Origin: a virus | Reading direction: 5' to 3' (one strand) | IMG/VR virus record: IMGVR_UViG_3300010224_000001 | Coordinates: 128,001-192,000 of that record | DNA length: 64,000 bases | Shown here: piece after piece, positions 40,602-49,986 of the stretch | How the letters are laid out: each line of letters opens with the position of its first letter | How positions within the stretch are numbered: the first letter of the stretch is position 1 | Notes under the pieces: generated by a model | What the model was told of the DNA's origin: nothing | What the model saw: only the letters and a program-made list of their open reading frames with translations | The model's database searches: none | Translations under genes and position numbers: made by a program

Positions 40602-41012
40602 TCAAACTTTTTTGTAACGAGAGAGTGCTTTCTCTGCTACTTCAGGGAATTGATTCTTTACATCCGTAATGTATTTGTCAACATTACTTTTGAAACCTTC
40701 CACGGAGATTTCGTTAGTAACTGGTTTAGTGCAAAACAATTCAGTCGTGTCGATGTCTGTACCAGCACTCGCCATATCAGACACAGATTCAATTAATTGC
40801 TTTTCCACGTCACCAATCTCAGATGCTGAAGCCAGTATCTCTACAACGTCATTAGCGCCTTGCTGGATATCCTCAACACGAGCAATAGCGTGAGCGTTGT
40901 TTTGATCTTCGTTCATCTGATCTTGAATCTCACTCATTAAGATAGCTTCTTCTTCCAACGAGAGAACAATTGGTTTTGGTGCATTCTCTTTCTTTGTAAA
41001 AAACTGTTCCAT
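40602..41012 (-). CDS. head-protein propeptide-like small protein
   Basis: LSLEEE...ASAGTD...ISVEGF resembles phiKZ head protein propeptides. Confidence 0.6.
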   Translation of the reverse strand: MEQFFTKKENAPKPIVLSLEEEAILMSEIQDQMNEDQNNAHAIARVEDIQQGANDVVEILASASEIGDVEKQLIESVSDMASAGTDIDTTELFCTKPVTNEISVEGFKSNVDKYITDVKNQFPEVAEKALSRYKKV

Positions 41013-41069
41013 GTCACACTTTCGGGTCGGTTGGAGATAAACAATACGTTAAGTCATATCGATTAGCCA

Positions 41070-41386
41070 AAAAAAAAAGACGTCATAAGGACAGTGAGGA
41101 CAGCCCGAAGGCCATCCTCACTTTCCCACCTTTTCCACCATCTCTTGGAGTGATGCCTGGCAAGCATCCCTAAGGGTAATAGAAGAGCAGGCAAACTCAT
41201 TCATCCCCTTAAGGCTGACCACTAGACTACCGCGCGTATGACGCTGGACCGATACTCCTCATGACAACTTGATAGGTTGCAGCCTACCCGCACCGTTCGC
41301 TGTCTCCCCGAGCCCACATACTCAAAACAGCACCGCTTCAGTCTCTGATGTTACACGGTAAGTTGCATCAGGACATACCTGCACAT
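41070..41386 (-). ncRNA. candidate structured non-coding RNA (~310 nt)
   Basis: No ORF of 60 aa or more, relatively GC-rich, multiple stem-loops, TATG at the 5' end and a UUCG hairpin plus U-tract at the 3' end. Confidence 0.5.
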
Positions 41387-41390
41387 AGTA

Positions 41391-41849
41391 TTAGTTATTT
41401 TGGGTAGGTTGAAGCGGTTCTGCTTTTCTACGCAGTAGTAGCAAATTCTCTTGTATTACAGTGTCATACTCACCTGCCAGTAGGCCGTTACAGTACGCGC
41501 CTTGTTCTCGTAACGATTCCCACAGCACTTCTGCAAACTCTCGCAAGAAGTCAGTGTACTTTGTCATGGCTGACATAATCGATTTGAGTTCAAGACCTTC
41601 GGTTTTAAAGTACTCGGCATAATCGTCGAGTAACTTATCCGCATACGCATGGACAACATGACCGCTCGAATGCTCAAACTTCATATTGCCAAGTAAGCAT
41701 TCAACTTCCATCGTAAACGTTTCCTGCTCATCATACTCAGGTGGTATCATTACACAAGTACGTCTGACTTCTGGCACTTGGTTAAAGTACTTTTCTCGAA
41801 TCTCCTTTAGATCGACAATGTACACCTTATCCTTGGGTGGATTGTTCAT
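41391..41849 (-). CDS. hypothetical protein (paralog family A)
   Basis: KVYIVDLKEIREKY ... ESLREQGAY. Confidence 0.7.
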   Translation of the reverse strand: MNNPPKDKVYIVDLKEIREKYFNQVPEVRRTCVMIPPEYDEQETFTMEVECLLGNMKFEHSSGHVVHAYADKLLDDYAEYFKTEGLELKSIMSAMTKYTDFLREFAEVLWESLREQGAYCNGLLAGEYDTVIQENLLLLRRKAEPLQPTQNN

Positions 41850-42252
41850 CCTGGTTCTCCTTTGCTAACTTGCGAGCATGCAGGACGATAAAGGAAGAAT
41901 GATAAGTGGACTCGTGGCACACTTTCAATTCTCCCTCGTCATTGTAAAGTCCATACTCTACTAGTTGATTAAAGATTCCTTGGGCATAATGCTGAAGCGT
42001 CTCTTCTAATTCTTCATCGAGAGGATTTCCAACATCCCTCATACTGACGAGATGTTCTTTATAACTATCGAGCGCCGTTGCCTTATATTCAAAATGCGCA
42101 AGCATTTCTTCATGTAAAGCTTCGATGTACATTTCTTCAGCGGAAATCATATTCGGATCAGAAGGTTCGTTCATGATCCGGTTATACGCTGCAATATACT
42201 TTCTTGTCTCTTCTCTTATACCTAGTAGGTAGACTTTAAGTTTAGTCGTCAT
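41827..42252 (-). CDS. hypothetical protein (paralog family A)
   Basis: KVYLLGIREETRKY ... NQLVEYGLY. Confidence 0.7.
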   Translation of the reverse strand: MTTKLKVYLLGIREETRKYIAAYNRIMNEPSDPNMISAEEMYIEALHEEMLAHFEYKATALDSYKEHLVSMRDVGNPLDEELEETLQHYAQGIFNQLVEYGLYNDEGELKVCHESTYHSSFIVLHARKLAKENQDEQSTQG

Positions 42253-42685
42253 AGGGTCGCAATACTAATGAATGTCCCATCATGCTATCGTAAACATATT
42301 TGGACACGAGATAAGTATCACGCAACCCGTATTCATAGGTCTGGGTAATAATGTCACGTGCGACTTCCATCCAGAGATAGCGCTGCATAGAAGTAAACTG
42401 GTAAAACGTGTATTCTTGAGCACGATCTAAACAATCGTCGATAGTGCGCTTTAAATGCTCGACGGTGTGAAAGTTCAGGTAATGCTCAAGGCTACTAAAC
42501 AAGTCGTTCATGAACAGATCCAATTCAATCGGATCGTCTAGATTGACTACACAAATTTCTCGATTCTTGATACACTCATTACGCACCATTTGTAGAAGAT
42601 GCGCGGTATTGAGAATGATGCGATGATCTTTCTGTTGGATGAATACACCATCAGGCGTATCGTTGACGACTACACCTCTTTGCAT
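42242..42685 (-). CDS. hypothetical protein (paralog family A)
   Basis: ... TQTYEYGLR. Confidence 0.65.
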   Translation of the reverse strand: MQRGVVVNDTPDGVFIQQKDHRIILNTAHLLQMVRNECIKNREICVVNLDDPIELDLFMNDLFSSLEHYLNFHTVEHLKRTIDDCLDRAQEYTFYQFTSMQRYLWMEVARDIITQTYEYGLRDTYLVSKYVYDSMMGHSLVLRPYDD

Positions 42686-42696
42686 CTTATCTCCTT

Positions 42697-43293
42697 TTAA
42701 GAAGAAGCTTCGAACAACTTACTCCACTCATCCACTGATTCAGATTTGTCTGAATAAGAAGCATCAATAGCTTCTGCATATGGGCGAATGGGTAATGTGT
42801 TAAGTACGAAGCTATGATCGTCATTGAAATACATCTGCAGAATCACATAGTTCTCAGCATCGACTTCAGTTTCATGCATGAGAATTTCAATGATACTACG
42901 CGAACACATTGTTTCCATCATACCCGCGATGAGATCACGGCGATGGTTAAACGACCACATGAGGTTACTTAGCGCACCTGCGTTACTACGGTCACACATC
43001 GTCGTATTGCCGATGATCTTTTCTTCATCAACATAGACTGAACCTAACGCACTAACTGACCAATGAAAGTTATGCCGAGTAGGATTCCCTACCGAAGCTA
43101 ACTTAACATTCAGATGAAAGCATTGCAAATAGTCTTCTACATCCTTACTCGGTCTAGTGACTGAGACTTCACAGAAGTCACCTTTTACACGGGCAAAGTT
43201 GTACTTTACAATTCCTTCCTCAGAATCAATTGTCGAATGGGTACGTGGCATAACCACATAAAGCTTTTTGTGTCGATAGATGCAGATGCTCAT
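42697..43293 (-). CDS. hypothetical protein
   Basis: 198 aa ORF in operon. Confidence 0.65.
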   Translation of the reverse strand: MSICIYRHKKLYVVMPRTHSTIDSEEGIVKYNFARVKGDFCEVSVTRPSKDVEDYLQCFHLNVKLASVGNPTRHNFHWSVSALGSVYVDEEKIIGNTTMCDRSNAGALSNLMWSFNHRRDLIAGMMETMCSRSIIEILMHETEVDAENYVILQMYFNDDHSFVLNTLPIRPYAEAIDASYSDKSESVDEWSKLFEASS

Positions 43294-43381
43294 TTTGTTC
43301 TTCTTGACGTAAAGTGGCTGTCAATAGATACCGAACTGCAGTTAGCTTTTACAGTTTTATAGTCAAAAAGAAATCATGCAA

Positions 43382-43978
43382 TTACCATGGACGAGATACT
43401 TCCTCAATTACTTTGCCCATTTGGATGTAGCCGTTTGGCCGAATCACTTCATGCGTTTTGCCATTAACTAAGAACGTAGGTCGCATTGACGAGGTCAAAC
43501 TCTTTGCTGATACGACATTTCTTCTTTTGATTAGAAAGGTAAGACGTATCATCATCTTGGTGTGAGAACCAATGGGATTTTCTTTGACTAACTTATCAAA
43601 CTCTTCCTTTGTGTAAAAGTAAGGCTGATAAATCGGATCGTTAGTCACAACACGATGAATCACTGCACCCATTTGCTCCGTAAACTTCTTCAAGTATTTA
43701 TACGGAACACACAAGGTCGGACATAACTCCATTGCTTGAACCAGAACGCTATCTATCACTTCTTCGATTGAATTATTGATGTTTAGTTCTGTAGCCACTT
43801 GATCAGAAGTTAACGTCTTAGCAACTGGTACAGCAAAATCAAAGGTTGCACCATAGAGGTTATCTGGGTTAGCAGGATCGTCGACAGGCATAAGCCTAAC
43901 ATTAGCTATAAACTTGTTGATATGGCTTTTCTGATCATCGCTAAGATTACTGATAAGATCTTTGATAAAATCCGGCAC
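43382..43978 (-). CDS. hypothetical protein (paralog family B)
   Basis: GTG start after SD AGGAG; NDPIYQPY motif. Confidence 0.7.
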   Translation of the reverse strand: MPDFIKDLISNLSDDQKSHINKFIANVRLMPVDDPANPDNLYGATFDFAVPVAKTLTSDQVATELNINNSIEEVIDSVLVQAMELCPTLCVPYKYLKKFTEQMGAVIHRVVTNDPIYQPYFYTKEEFDKLVKENPIGSHTKMMIRLTFLIKRRNVVSAKSLTSSMRPTFLVNGKTHEVIRPNGYIQMGKVIEEVSRPW

Positions 43979-43991
43979 AATACTACTCCTT

Positions 43992-44585
43992 TTATTTCGT
44001 GTAAGGCATAGACTCAATAGGTGGGGTAAATTTGATTCTATCAGTTTCACCCGAGACGATGGAATCTGTTATACCTACTACAAACACCACTGGTTGGTCA
44101 ACCGATGTCTCTGGAATAAGTTCCTTAGAGTTCATGACCTTAAAAACAAGATGAAACCATAGCTTACAATGGAGCTTGTCAGGTTCACTATCCAACAGTT
44201 GCCGGTATTGTTCAAGCGGATGTAGATAAGGTTGGTATATTGGATCGTTAAATGCAATTTTTCTAACTGTCTGTTCAGCATCGTGTAGAAACATTTTTAC
44301 AAATTCGTCTCCTGCATATAAGTCAGGAAATTGATGAATCGCTTGATCCATTAATTTGTTTACAGTTTCTTCGATTAATCGAAACATATCTTTCTTGTGA
44401 TTGATTTGTTTCTCTGGGGTATTTTTATAGTAACCTAATGGAAAGTGGACTTCAGCTTTACAGTATACACCGGGTGACTTTTCTTGATCGACCGGAGTAA
44501 GTTTAACTTCCCTTACAGCCGTGAGAAAGTTATTCTCTAAATCATTGGCGGCTTTGGCAACTAGTTTCTTGATGAAATCAGACAT
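43992..44585 (-). CDS. hypothetical protein (paralog family B)
   Basis: MSDFIKKL; NDPIYQPY motif. Confidence 0.7.
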   Translation of the reverse strand: MSDFIKKLVAKAANDLENNFLTAVREVKLTPVDQEKSPGVYCKAEVHFPLGYYKNTPEKQINHKKDMFRLIEETVNKLMDQAIHQFPDLYAGDEFVKMFLHDAEQTVRKIAFNDPIYQPYLHPLEQYRQLLDSEPDKLHCKLWFHLVFKVMNSKELIPETSVDQPVVFVVGITDSIVSGETDRIKFTPPIESMPYTK

Positions 44586-44643
44586 GATCTACCTCTTATT
44601 GATTATTAGGTCATAAAAGCCAGCCTTACTTGGCTGGCTGTCA

Positions 44644-44967
44644 TTATTCGTTGGCAGCCCAGTAGAAAGCTTCAACTCGGCCATGCATGAAGGCAATGAA
44701 ACGCGTAGCTGCTTCGACTACCACATCGTTACCATAGCGGTAGGTCAAACGAGCACGACGGTTATCATGTTTGTCGAACACCACTTTCCAGTTGTTGTTA
44801 AGGTCAACTACGTATTCATCTGTCCGTCCAGGCACAACTTCATACGGAATATTGTTGATCTCTTTACCGTGGGTGAAGAACCGCGATATAAATTCAGCAA
44901 AACCTTTGCGTTTTTCATCATTATCGAACGCAGCATTATTTGCCATCTGAACGTAGAGTGTGCCCAT
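44644..44967 (-). CDS. hypothetical protein
   Basis: ORF with SD between two hairpins. Confidence 0.7.
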   Translation of the reverse strand: MGTLYVQMANNAAFDNDEKRKGFAEFISRFFTHGKEINNIPYEVVPGRTDEYVVDLNNNWKVVFDKHDNRRARLTYRYGNDVVVEAATRFIAFMHGRVEAFYWAANE

Positions 44968-45019
44968 ATCTTCCTCTTGTTATTGAAAGAGCCAGCATAA
45001 AAGCTGGCCCTTATGACGT

Positions 45020-45595
45020 TTAGCTGAACAGATCTTTCGCGCTGATAACTTCACCAGCTTTGATCTGAGCACCCAAACGATCTTGATAGATGCCAGAATA
45101 GATCGGCGCTTTCTCAGGCTGATACTGGTGTATGTCGAACGTTTCGTCTTTCTTACCAGTCGTCTTCAGGTGTTCCTGACGCTTGGCTTCGCGAGAGCGC
45201 TTCTCTTCGTCTTGAGCATTGTGGATACCCCAGACGACGCCGTGCGCTACTTCACGTTTGCTCAGATTAGGTTTGTTAGCCCATTCTTCAGCAATCTCGA
45301 AGTCACGATTCAAGTGCTTCTTGGCTTCACCGCTAAGAGTCTCTTTCCATTCTTCAGTGATCAGCTTGGAACTCTCGATGTTGCGAGTGCGTTGCTCCGG
45401 TGTGATTTCTTCACCAGATTCTTCGACCATCGCTTCGACTTCCAGATTCGAGTCTGGATATTTCGCCAGCAATACGTCACGTACTTGCTTCGAAACATCT
45501 TCACCGAGTTGAATAGCTTCCTGCGGAGTCAGGTTTTTCACTTGACCACCACCCATGACCATTACGTCATAGCTTTTCTTTTCTTGATCACTCAC
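45020..45595 (-). CDS. hypothetical protein (paralog family C, SAKDLF tail)
   Basis: FEIAEEWANKP..AHGVVW..SAKDLFS. Confidence 0.75.
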   Translation of the reverse strand: MSDQEKKSYDVMVMGGGQVKNLTPQEAIQLGEDVSKQVRDVLLAKYPDSNLEVEAMVEESGEEITPEQRTRNIESSKLITEEWKETLSGEAKKHLNRDFEIAEEWANKPNLSKREVAHGVVWGIHNAQDEEKRSREAKRQEHLKTTGKKDETFDIHQYQPEKAPIYSGIYQDRLGAQIKAGEVISAKDLFS

Positions 45596-45606
45596 TTGAT
45601 TCTCCT

Positions 45607-46365
45607 TTAGTCAAACAAGTCTTTAGCTGAAGGCATCAGACCATCTTTGATCTTGGTAGCCATATTGGCGTCATACAGCTGTGCGTATTCTGCGCCAGGA
45701 TCAATCGTGTTGATATATTGACCGTTCTGATAACCGTAGGTATCGCCGAAGTTCTTCTGCATTTCCCACGCAACACCATGAGCTGCTTGCGCCGCAGTGA
45801 TGTTCGGCTTCTGGCTCCAGCGTTCTGCGATATCGAAAGTCTTCTTCTGACCTTCCATACGCAGCGCGGCAATGTAATCGGAGACGCTCTTGAGCGCGTT
45901 ATCACGCTGGTCAGCGAATTCAATCATCTCCTCTTTTGAAGAAGTGCTGTCAATCCGCGCCGGATTGTTGTGCAACAGTTCATCAGTCGCTCGCGCCGCA
46001 AAGCCGACGATGGCGCGAGCGTCCGGACGAGTCGTTTCAGATTGAGGACCGCGATTATTATAATGCGGGCTCGAATAGCGCGGGCTAGGCGTATTGGTAC
46101 TAGCCAGAATAGCCCCCTGTTCTGGCGTAATGTTACCTACAGCCACATCGTGTATGTAACTCTTGATGTATGCGTAGTCGCCGCCGTGTTGAAGTTTCAG
46201 GTCGCTGATGAACTCTTCGACTCGCTTCAATTTCTCAGGTTCTTCGCTATACGCACTTCGTGCATCAGTTTTGAGAGCTTCAGTAATCCGCGTGTCAACC
46301 GCATCATACATCCGCGAATCGTAGTAAGAGCGATGTCCACCATATCGGCCTAGGTCGTAGCACAT
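45607..46365 (-). CDS. hypothetical protein (paralog family C)
   Basis: FDIAERWSQKP..AHGVAW..SAKDLFD. Confidence 0.75.
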   Translation of the reverse strand: MCYDLGRYGGHRSYYDSRMYDAVDTRITEALKTDARSAYSEEPEKLKRVEEFISDLKLQHGGDYAYIKSYIHDVAVGNITPEQGAILASTNTPSPRYSSPHYNNRGPQSETTRPDARAIVGFAARATDELLHNNPARIDSTSSKEEMIEFADQRDNALKSVSDYIAALRMEGQKKTFDIAERWSQKPNITAAQAAHGVAWEMQKNFGDTYGYQNGQYINTIDPGAEYAQLYDANMATKIKDGLMPSAKDLFD

Positions 46366-46382
46366 GTTCTTTTCTTCCTTTC

Positions 46383-46877
46383 TTAGTCGAACAACTCTTT
46401 TGCACTCTTAGCCAGAAACTCTTTGATTTCTGACGCTTTGTTATTGTCGTAGAACGAAGCATACTCAGGAGCACGATAGCTCGGTTCTACGGGAGCGTTA
46501 TCTACAGGGAGATCTGGATTGACATCCTGCAGTTCTTCAAACACTCGCATCCGGCGGTCATAATCTTCTTGAGCACGAAGATCACGCACACGATGCATTT
46601 CCCAGACTACGCCATGACAGCGTTCAGCATTCGTGAGGCTGGGCTTAGCAGCCCAACGCTCAGCGATTGCGAATTCTTGTTCATACATTGCCCGGCGTTT
46701 TTCATCGACTTTGTCCTTCCAGCCAGCAACTGGAACGACCTCGATTGGATAATTGATATCTGGTTCCGGTAACGGATGACCTTCGCCAGCAGGAATCGTA
46801 GGAAAGTCAAGACCTTCCATGTCTTCCATTTTATCGTAAACCAGATCTAAATCACGATCATTAAAATCGTCACTCAT
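46383..46877 (-). CDS. hypothetical protein (paralog family C)
   Basis: FAIAERWAAKP..CHGVVW..SAKELFD. Confidence 0.75.
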   Translation of the reverse strand: MSDDFNDRDLDLVYDKMEDMEGLDFPTIPAGEGHPLPEPDINYPIEVVPVAGWKDKVDEKRRAMYEQEFAIAERWAAKPSLTNAERCHGVVWEMHRVRDLRAQEDYDRRMRVFEELQDVNPDLPVDNAPVEPSYRAPEYASFYDNNKASEIKEFLAKSAKELFD

Positions 46878-46906
46878 TTCAGCAGACTCCTTTCTAGAGA
46901 GGTAGC

Positions 46907-47254
46907 TTAGGTATTAAAGAAATCGTAGATAAACTTTGCCGCCTTATAATACTCGTCGCATGTAAAATTGTGAACACCAGCTTGCACTGGAGCAACTTGC
47001 GTTGTCGAGTTAGGATCCTGATGCTCGCCGACAAACACACAAGCAGCATCGTTACCATTTCGAGAAGCGTAGACCCAGACGACTTTACCGGACACTTGGT
47101 CGAGTACACGTAAGGCAGAAACATCACCTAACGTTTCAGGACCCACCGCTAACTTGACATCAGTTACGACGTTATCATTGTCGTTAATTACCAGCAGACA
47201 AGCTACCACGGCTTCAGCAATCAACAAACTTGAATCTTTTTGAATCGTCAGCAT
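46907..47254 (-). CDS. hypothetical protein
   Basis: ORF with SD. Confidence 0.65.
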   Translation of the reverse strand: MLTIQKDSSLLIAEAVVACLLVINDNDNVVTDVKLAVGPETLGDVSALRVLDQVSGKVVWVYASRNGNDAACVFVGEHQDPNSTTQVAPVQAGVHNFTCDEYYKAAKFIYDFFNT

Positions 47255-47270
47255 TGTAAATTCCCTTTGT

Positions 47271-47825
47271 TTAGATTTCCCAACTACCTTTAAATTTACG
47301 GATCATAGAAGACCGACCATGATCCTTACCTGGAAGCTTTGCCCATTGTTCAGTGGCAGAGAGAGCTAACAGGTTCACAACATCACGCCTTATGTCTCTA
47401 GAGACAGAATGATCTAGTCTTAGAACGATAAAGGTTTCTGGCAGATCAATCTCTTTGCCAGTTTGGAGAAGATAGGAACCGTAAGGAGGTTCGCCCCTCA
47501 TGATCTCTTCGCAGAACAACATGTTGGCTTGTTTGCTTTTCTCGAAAGACTCCTCGATAACCTGGATGCCAGGAAATAGTTCTAGTGAACGCACCACAAG
47601 CTTGTGATGAAGTTCTTCCCAGAGGTTATCAATGAATGCTTTTACTTTGTCACGTTCTTCCTGTTTTGAAACTCGGAATGTGAATGGAATAAGTGTAGAA
47701 GCATACCCCATTGTAGCCGCGATACCCTCTTTCGAAACAAACGGCGGATCGACAATCTCGTAATCTGCTACCGAGATCAGGACAGTGCCGTCGCCGAATG
47801 GTTTTACGAAAGCATCATAATTCAT
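47271..47825 (-). CDS. hypothetical protein (divergent family B)
   Basis: RSLELFPGI...GEPPYGSY resembles family B. Confidence 0.65.
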   Translation of the reverse strand: MNYDAFVKPFGDGTVLISVADYEIVDPPFVSKEGIAATMGYASTLIPFTFRVSKQEERDKVKAFIDNLWEELHHKLVVRSLELFPGIQVIEESFEKSKQANMLFCEEIMRGEPPYGSYLLQTGKEIDLPETFIVLRLDHSVSRDIRRDVVNLLALSATEQWAKLPGKDHGRSSMIRKFKGSWEI

Positions 47826-48595
47826 GACGGTTCCTCACCAAACAATTCATCGAACAGAAGCTCAATGGATTTCATTGCAGCTTCAATGTCGTAATACAGA
47901 TAAACCTTCTCTTCGTAGAGCGGATTACCGGTCTGTACGAACTCCATCAGAAGCTCGCCTGGCATTTTACGATTCTTTTCTTTATCGTAATTAACCACGT
48001 ACCCGTACCGAGCTAATACATAACCCTTTTTGATGAGGGTGTCAATCAACTCGTAAGCAAGCGCGGTATTGGATCCTCGATCACGTTCGCCATCTGCATC
48101 AGGATGTTCGTAAGCGTAGTTATACGCAACTGTTTGTACTTGTTTGAGATCAGTCTCAGGAGTCATGCTGACATCCTGGAGTAAAGTCTCGACATCGTAA
48201 TCAAACTTGTCTTTATAACCTTCCTTTGTCCCAAGCGCCAAGACCGTCATGGACAGTTCTTCAATCTTGCTGTTGCCAGCTTGATTGATAAGGCGCACGC
48301 AATTAACAAGACCAGTTTCTTCTTTATTGATGATGTTAATATCAGGTCCAGCCGCCGCGAACATGAGTTCCATGCTACTGGCGAATACCTCATGATTAGC
48401 CAGCCGATGTAATGTTTCGTAAAACATCGCTAGCGTGAGATTATAATCATTTTGCGTAGTACCTTTCAGCATACCGTCAAAATGGTCAATGTAAATCTTA
48501 GCACGCTCTCGAATCGTGTTGTTGGCATTAGTGAGGTCTTGTTTGATTTGTTGGCGTTTAGCGAGAGCGTCTTGAAAGTTGGTAATGTTTATCAT
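47822..48595 (-). CDS. hypothetical protein
   Basis: 257 aa ORF, SD AAGGA. Confidence 0.7.
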   Translation of the reverse strand: MINITNFQDALAKRQQIKQDLTNANNTIRERAKIYIDHFDGMLKGTTQNDYNLTLAMFYETLHRLANHEVFASSMELMFAAAGPDINIINKEETGLVNCVRLINQAGNSKIEELSMTVLALGTKEGYKDKFDYDVETLLQDVSMTPETDLKQVQTVAYNYAYEHPDADGERDRGSNTALAYELIDTLIKKGYVLARYGYVVNYDKEKNRKMPGELLMEFVQTGNPLYEEKVYLYYDIEAAMKSIELLFDELFGEEPS

Positions 48596-48600
48596 TTTAG

Positions 48601-48975
48601 TTATTCCTTATCCGTCATCGTTTTTAGCATTTCCGGGACTCGGTAGACTTCATTGTAGAAGTGATCTATCGTAAGCTTAGGATCAGTGATGCTGTAGAAA
48701 CTACGGATCTCTTCTTCCGTATACAAACCGGAATCAAGAAAACCGCTCATCTCTAATGTATCTTTAAACGTTACGTCTTCGAGATCCTGTAATTCCATCT
48801 TAGCCAGCATGGCCTTAGCCATTGCTACTGTAGCGTCGAAATGGATCATGTCTTCCGATACTTGATCAGGAGGCAGCATCTTTGCGCGTAGCTTCTCCAT
48901 ATCGAAAATACTGCGGCGTATCGTCGCGATGTTACTACGCACGGTTTGGGAGCGAACACATTTACTTCGCAACAT
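48601..48975 (-). CDS. hypothetical protein
   Basis: Start MLRSKC after SD AAGGAG. Confidence 0.65.
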   Translation of the reverse strand: MLRSKCVRSQTVRSNIATIRRSIFDMEKLRAKMLPPDQVSEDMIHFDATVAMAKAMLAKMELQDLEDVTFKDTLEMSGFLDSGLYTEEEIRSFYSITDPKLTIDHFYNEVYRVPEMLKTMTDKE

Positions 48976-48985
48976 AACAGTCTCC

Positions 48986-49528
48986 TTAATCAAACAGTTC
49001 TTCAGCAGAGATGGAGGGTCGTTCACGATAGTCATCGTAAGCTTGAGCATGTGCTGCTGCAAAACCGTTGTTTTCAGTTGTGACGATGGGGTGATCGAAA
49101 TTCCAGTTGTACTTATCGTACTCGTTGGATTTATAGTCCGTCACGTAACGATCATCGTTCTTCTGAGGATCGTATTGCGGAATCAAAACCATTGCCGGTA
49201 CGCGACCATGCCCTTTATCTAGCATCTGCAAAATGCTATTAGCAACGCCGTGACAGAGTTCGCTCTGCGTGAGATGCAGAGGCTTGTTATTCGCCCAGTC
49301 TTCCGCGATGTACCAAGCCTGCACGCCAATCTCATTAGCCTGAAGATCATCGCTAGCGGGTTCCATGGGATTGGAAGCGTCCGGATCTTTCTGCTGATCC
49401 AACACAGTAGACCTGACACCCACACCTTGTGGTTTATAGCTGCCCGGTTTTACGACTTCTTCGATCACTCGGTCTATATCACTGCGACCAATCTGATCTA
49501 CGCTGAGTACTTTTCCATCGACTTTCAT
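48986..49528 (-). CDS. hypothetical protein (paralog family C)
   Basis: WYIAEDWANNKP..CHGVA..SAEELFD. Confidence 0.75.
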   Translation of the reverse strand: MKVDGKVLSVDQIGRSDIDRVIEEVVKPGSYKPQGVGVRSTVLDQQKDPDASNPMEPASDDLQANEIGVQAWYIAEDWANNKPLHLTQSELCHGVANSILQMLDKGHGRVPAMVLIPQYDPQKNDDRYVTDYKSNEYDKYNWNFDHPIVTTENNGFAAAHAQAYDDYRERPSISAEELFD

Positions 49529-49555
49529 GTCACACTCCTTTCTAAGAAGCTACAC

Positions 49556-49978
49556 TTAAATCTTGACGATCTTACGGAAACGACCGCCTACGGCAAAGTT
49601 ATTGATCAGTTCATGCACTGCGTTCGATTTACTTACAGCACCCATTGTGACGCTATGTTGCGTAACTTTATTCTTGACAATGAATTTTGCAAATCGCAGT
49701 GACACAGTTTCTGGCTGGGTACTCTTATTGAGTTTAACCTCGACAAAGCTGTCCATCTTCATACCGAGATCACGGCATGTGAATTTGACAATACCCATCG
49801 GCGCATAATCGCCATTGAAATCAAAGTCGATTTCTGCGGTAGCTTCGAGTGAGCCACTTACGTCAGGGAAGTAGATGCTGCGAGGAGTGCGATTGTTTCG
49901 CAATTCATCAATGAGAGGAAGCATGAAGTTAAATTCTTCACGGTTTTCCAGCTTAGCTTCGTTGATAATAACTTCCAT
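49556..49978 (-). CDS. hypothetical protein
   Basis: ORF in operon. Confidence 0.65.
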   Translation of the reverse strand: MEVIINEAKLENREEFNFMLPLIDELRNNRTPRSIYFPDVSGSLEATAEIDFDFNGDYAPMGIVKFTCRDLGMKMDSFVEVKLNKSTQPETVSLRFAKFIVKNKVTQHSVTMGAVSKSNAVHELINNFAVGGRFRKIVKI

Positions 49979-49986
49979 TGTTCTTG

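Noticed and set aside
41235-41292. Slight resemblance of the 41 kb candidate RNA (CGGGTAG..CCTATCAAGT..GGAG..ATC) to the TnpB scaffold (CGGGTAG..CCTGTCAAGT..GGAG..ATC)
   Set aside because: Short and gapped, with apparently different stems; cannot be distinguished from chance without a covariance model, so not claimed as a second omegaRNA
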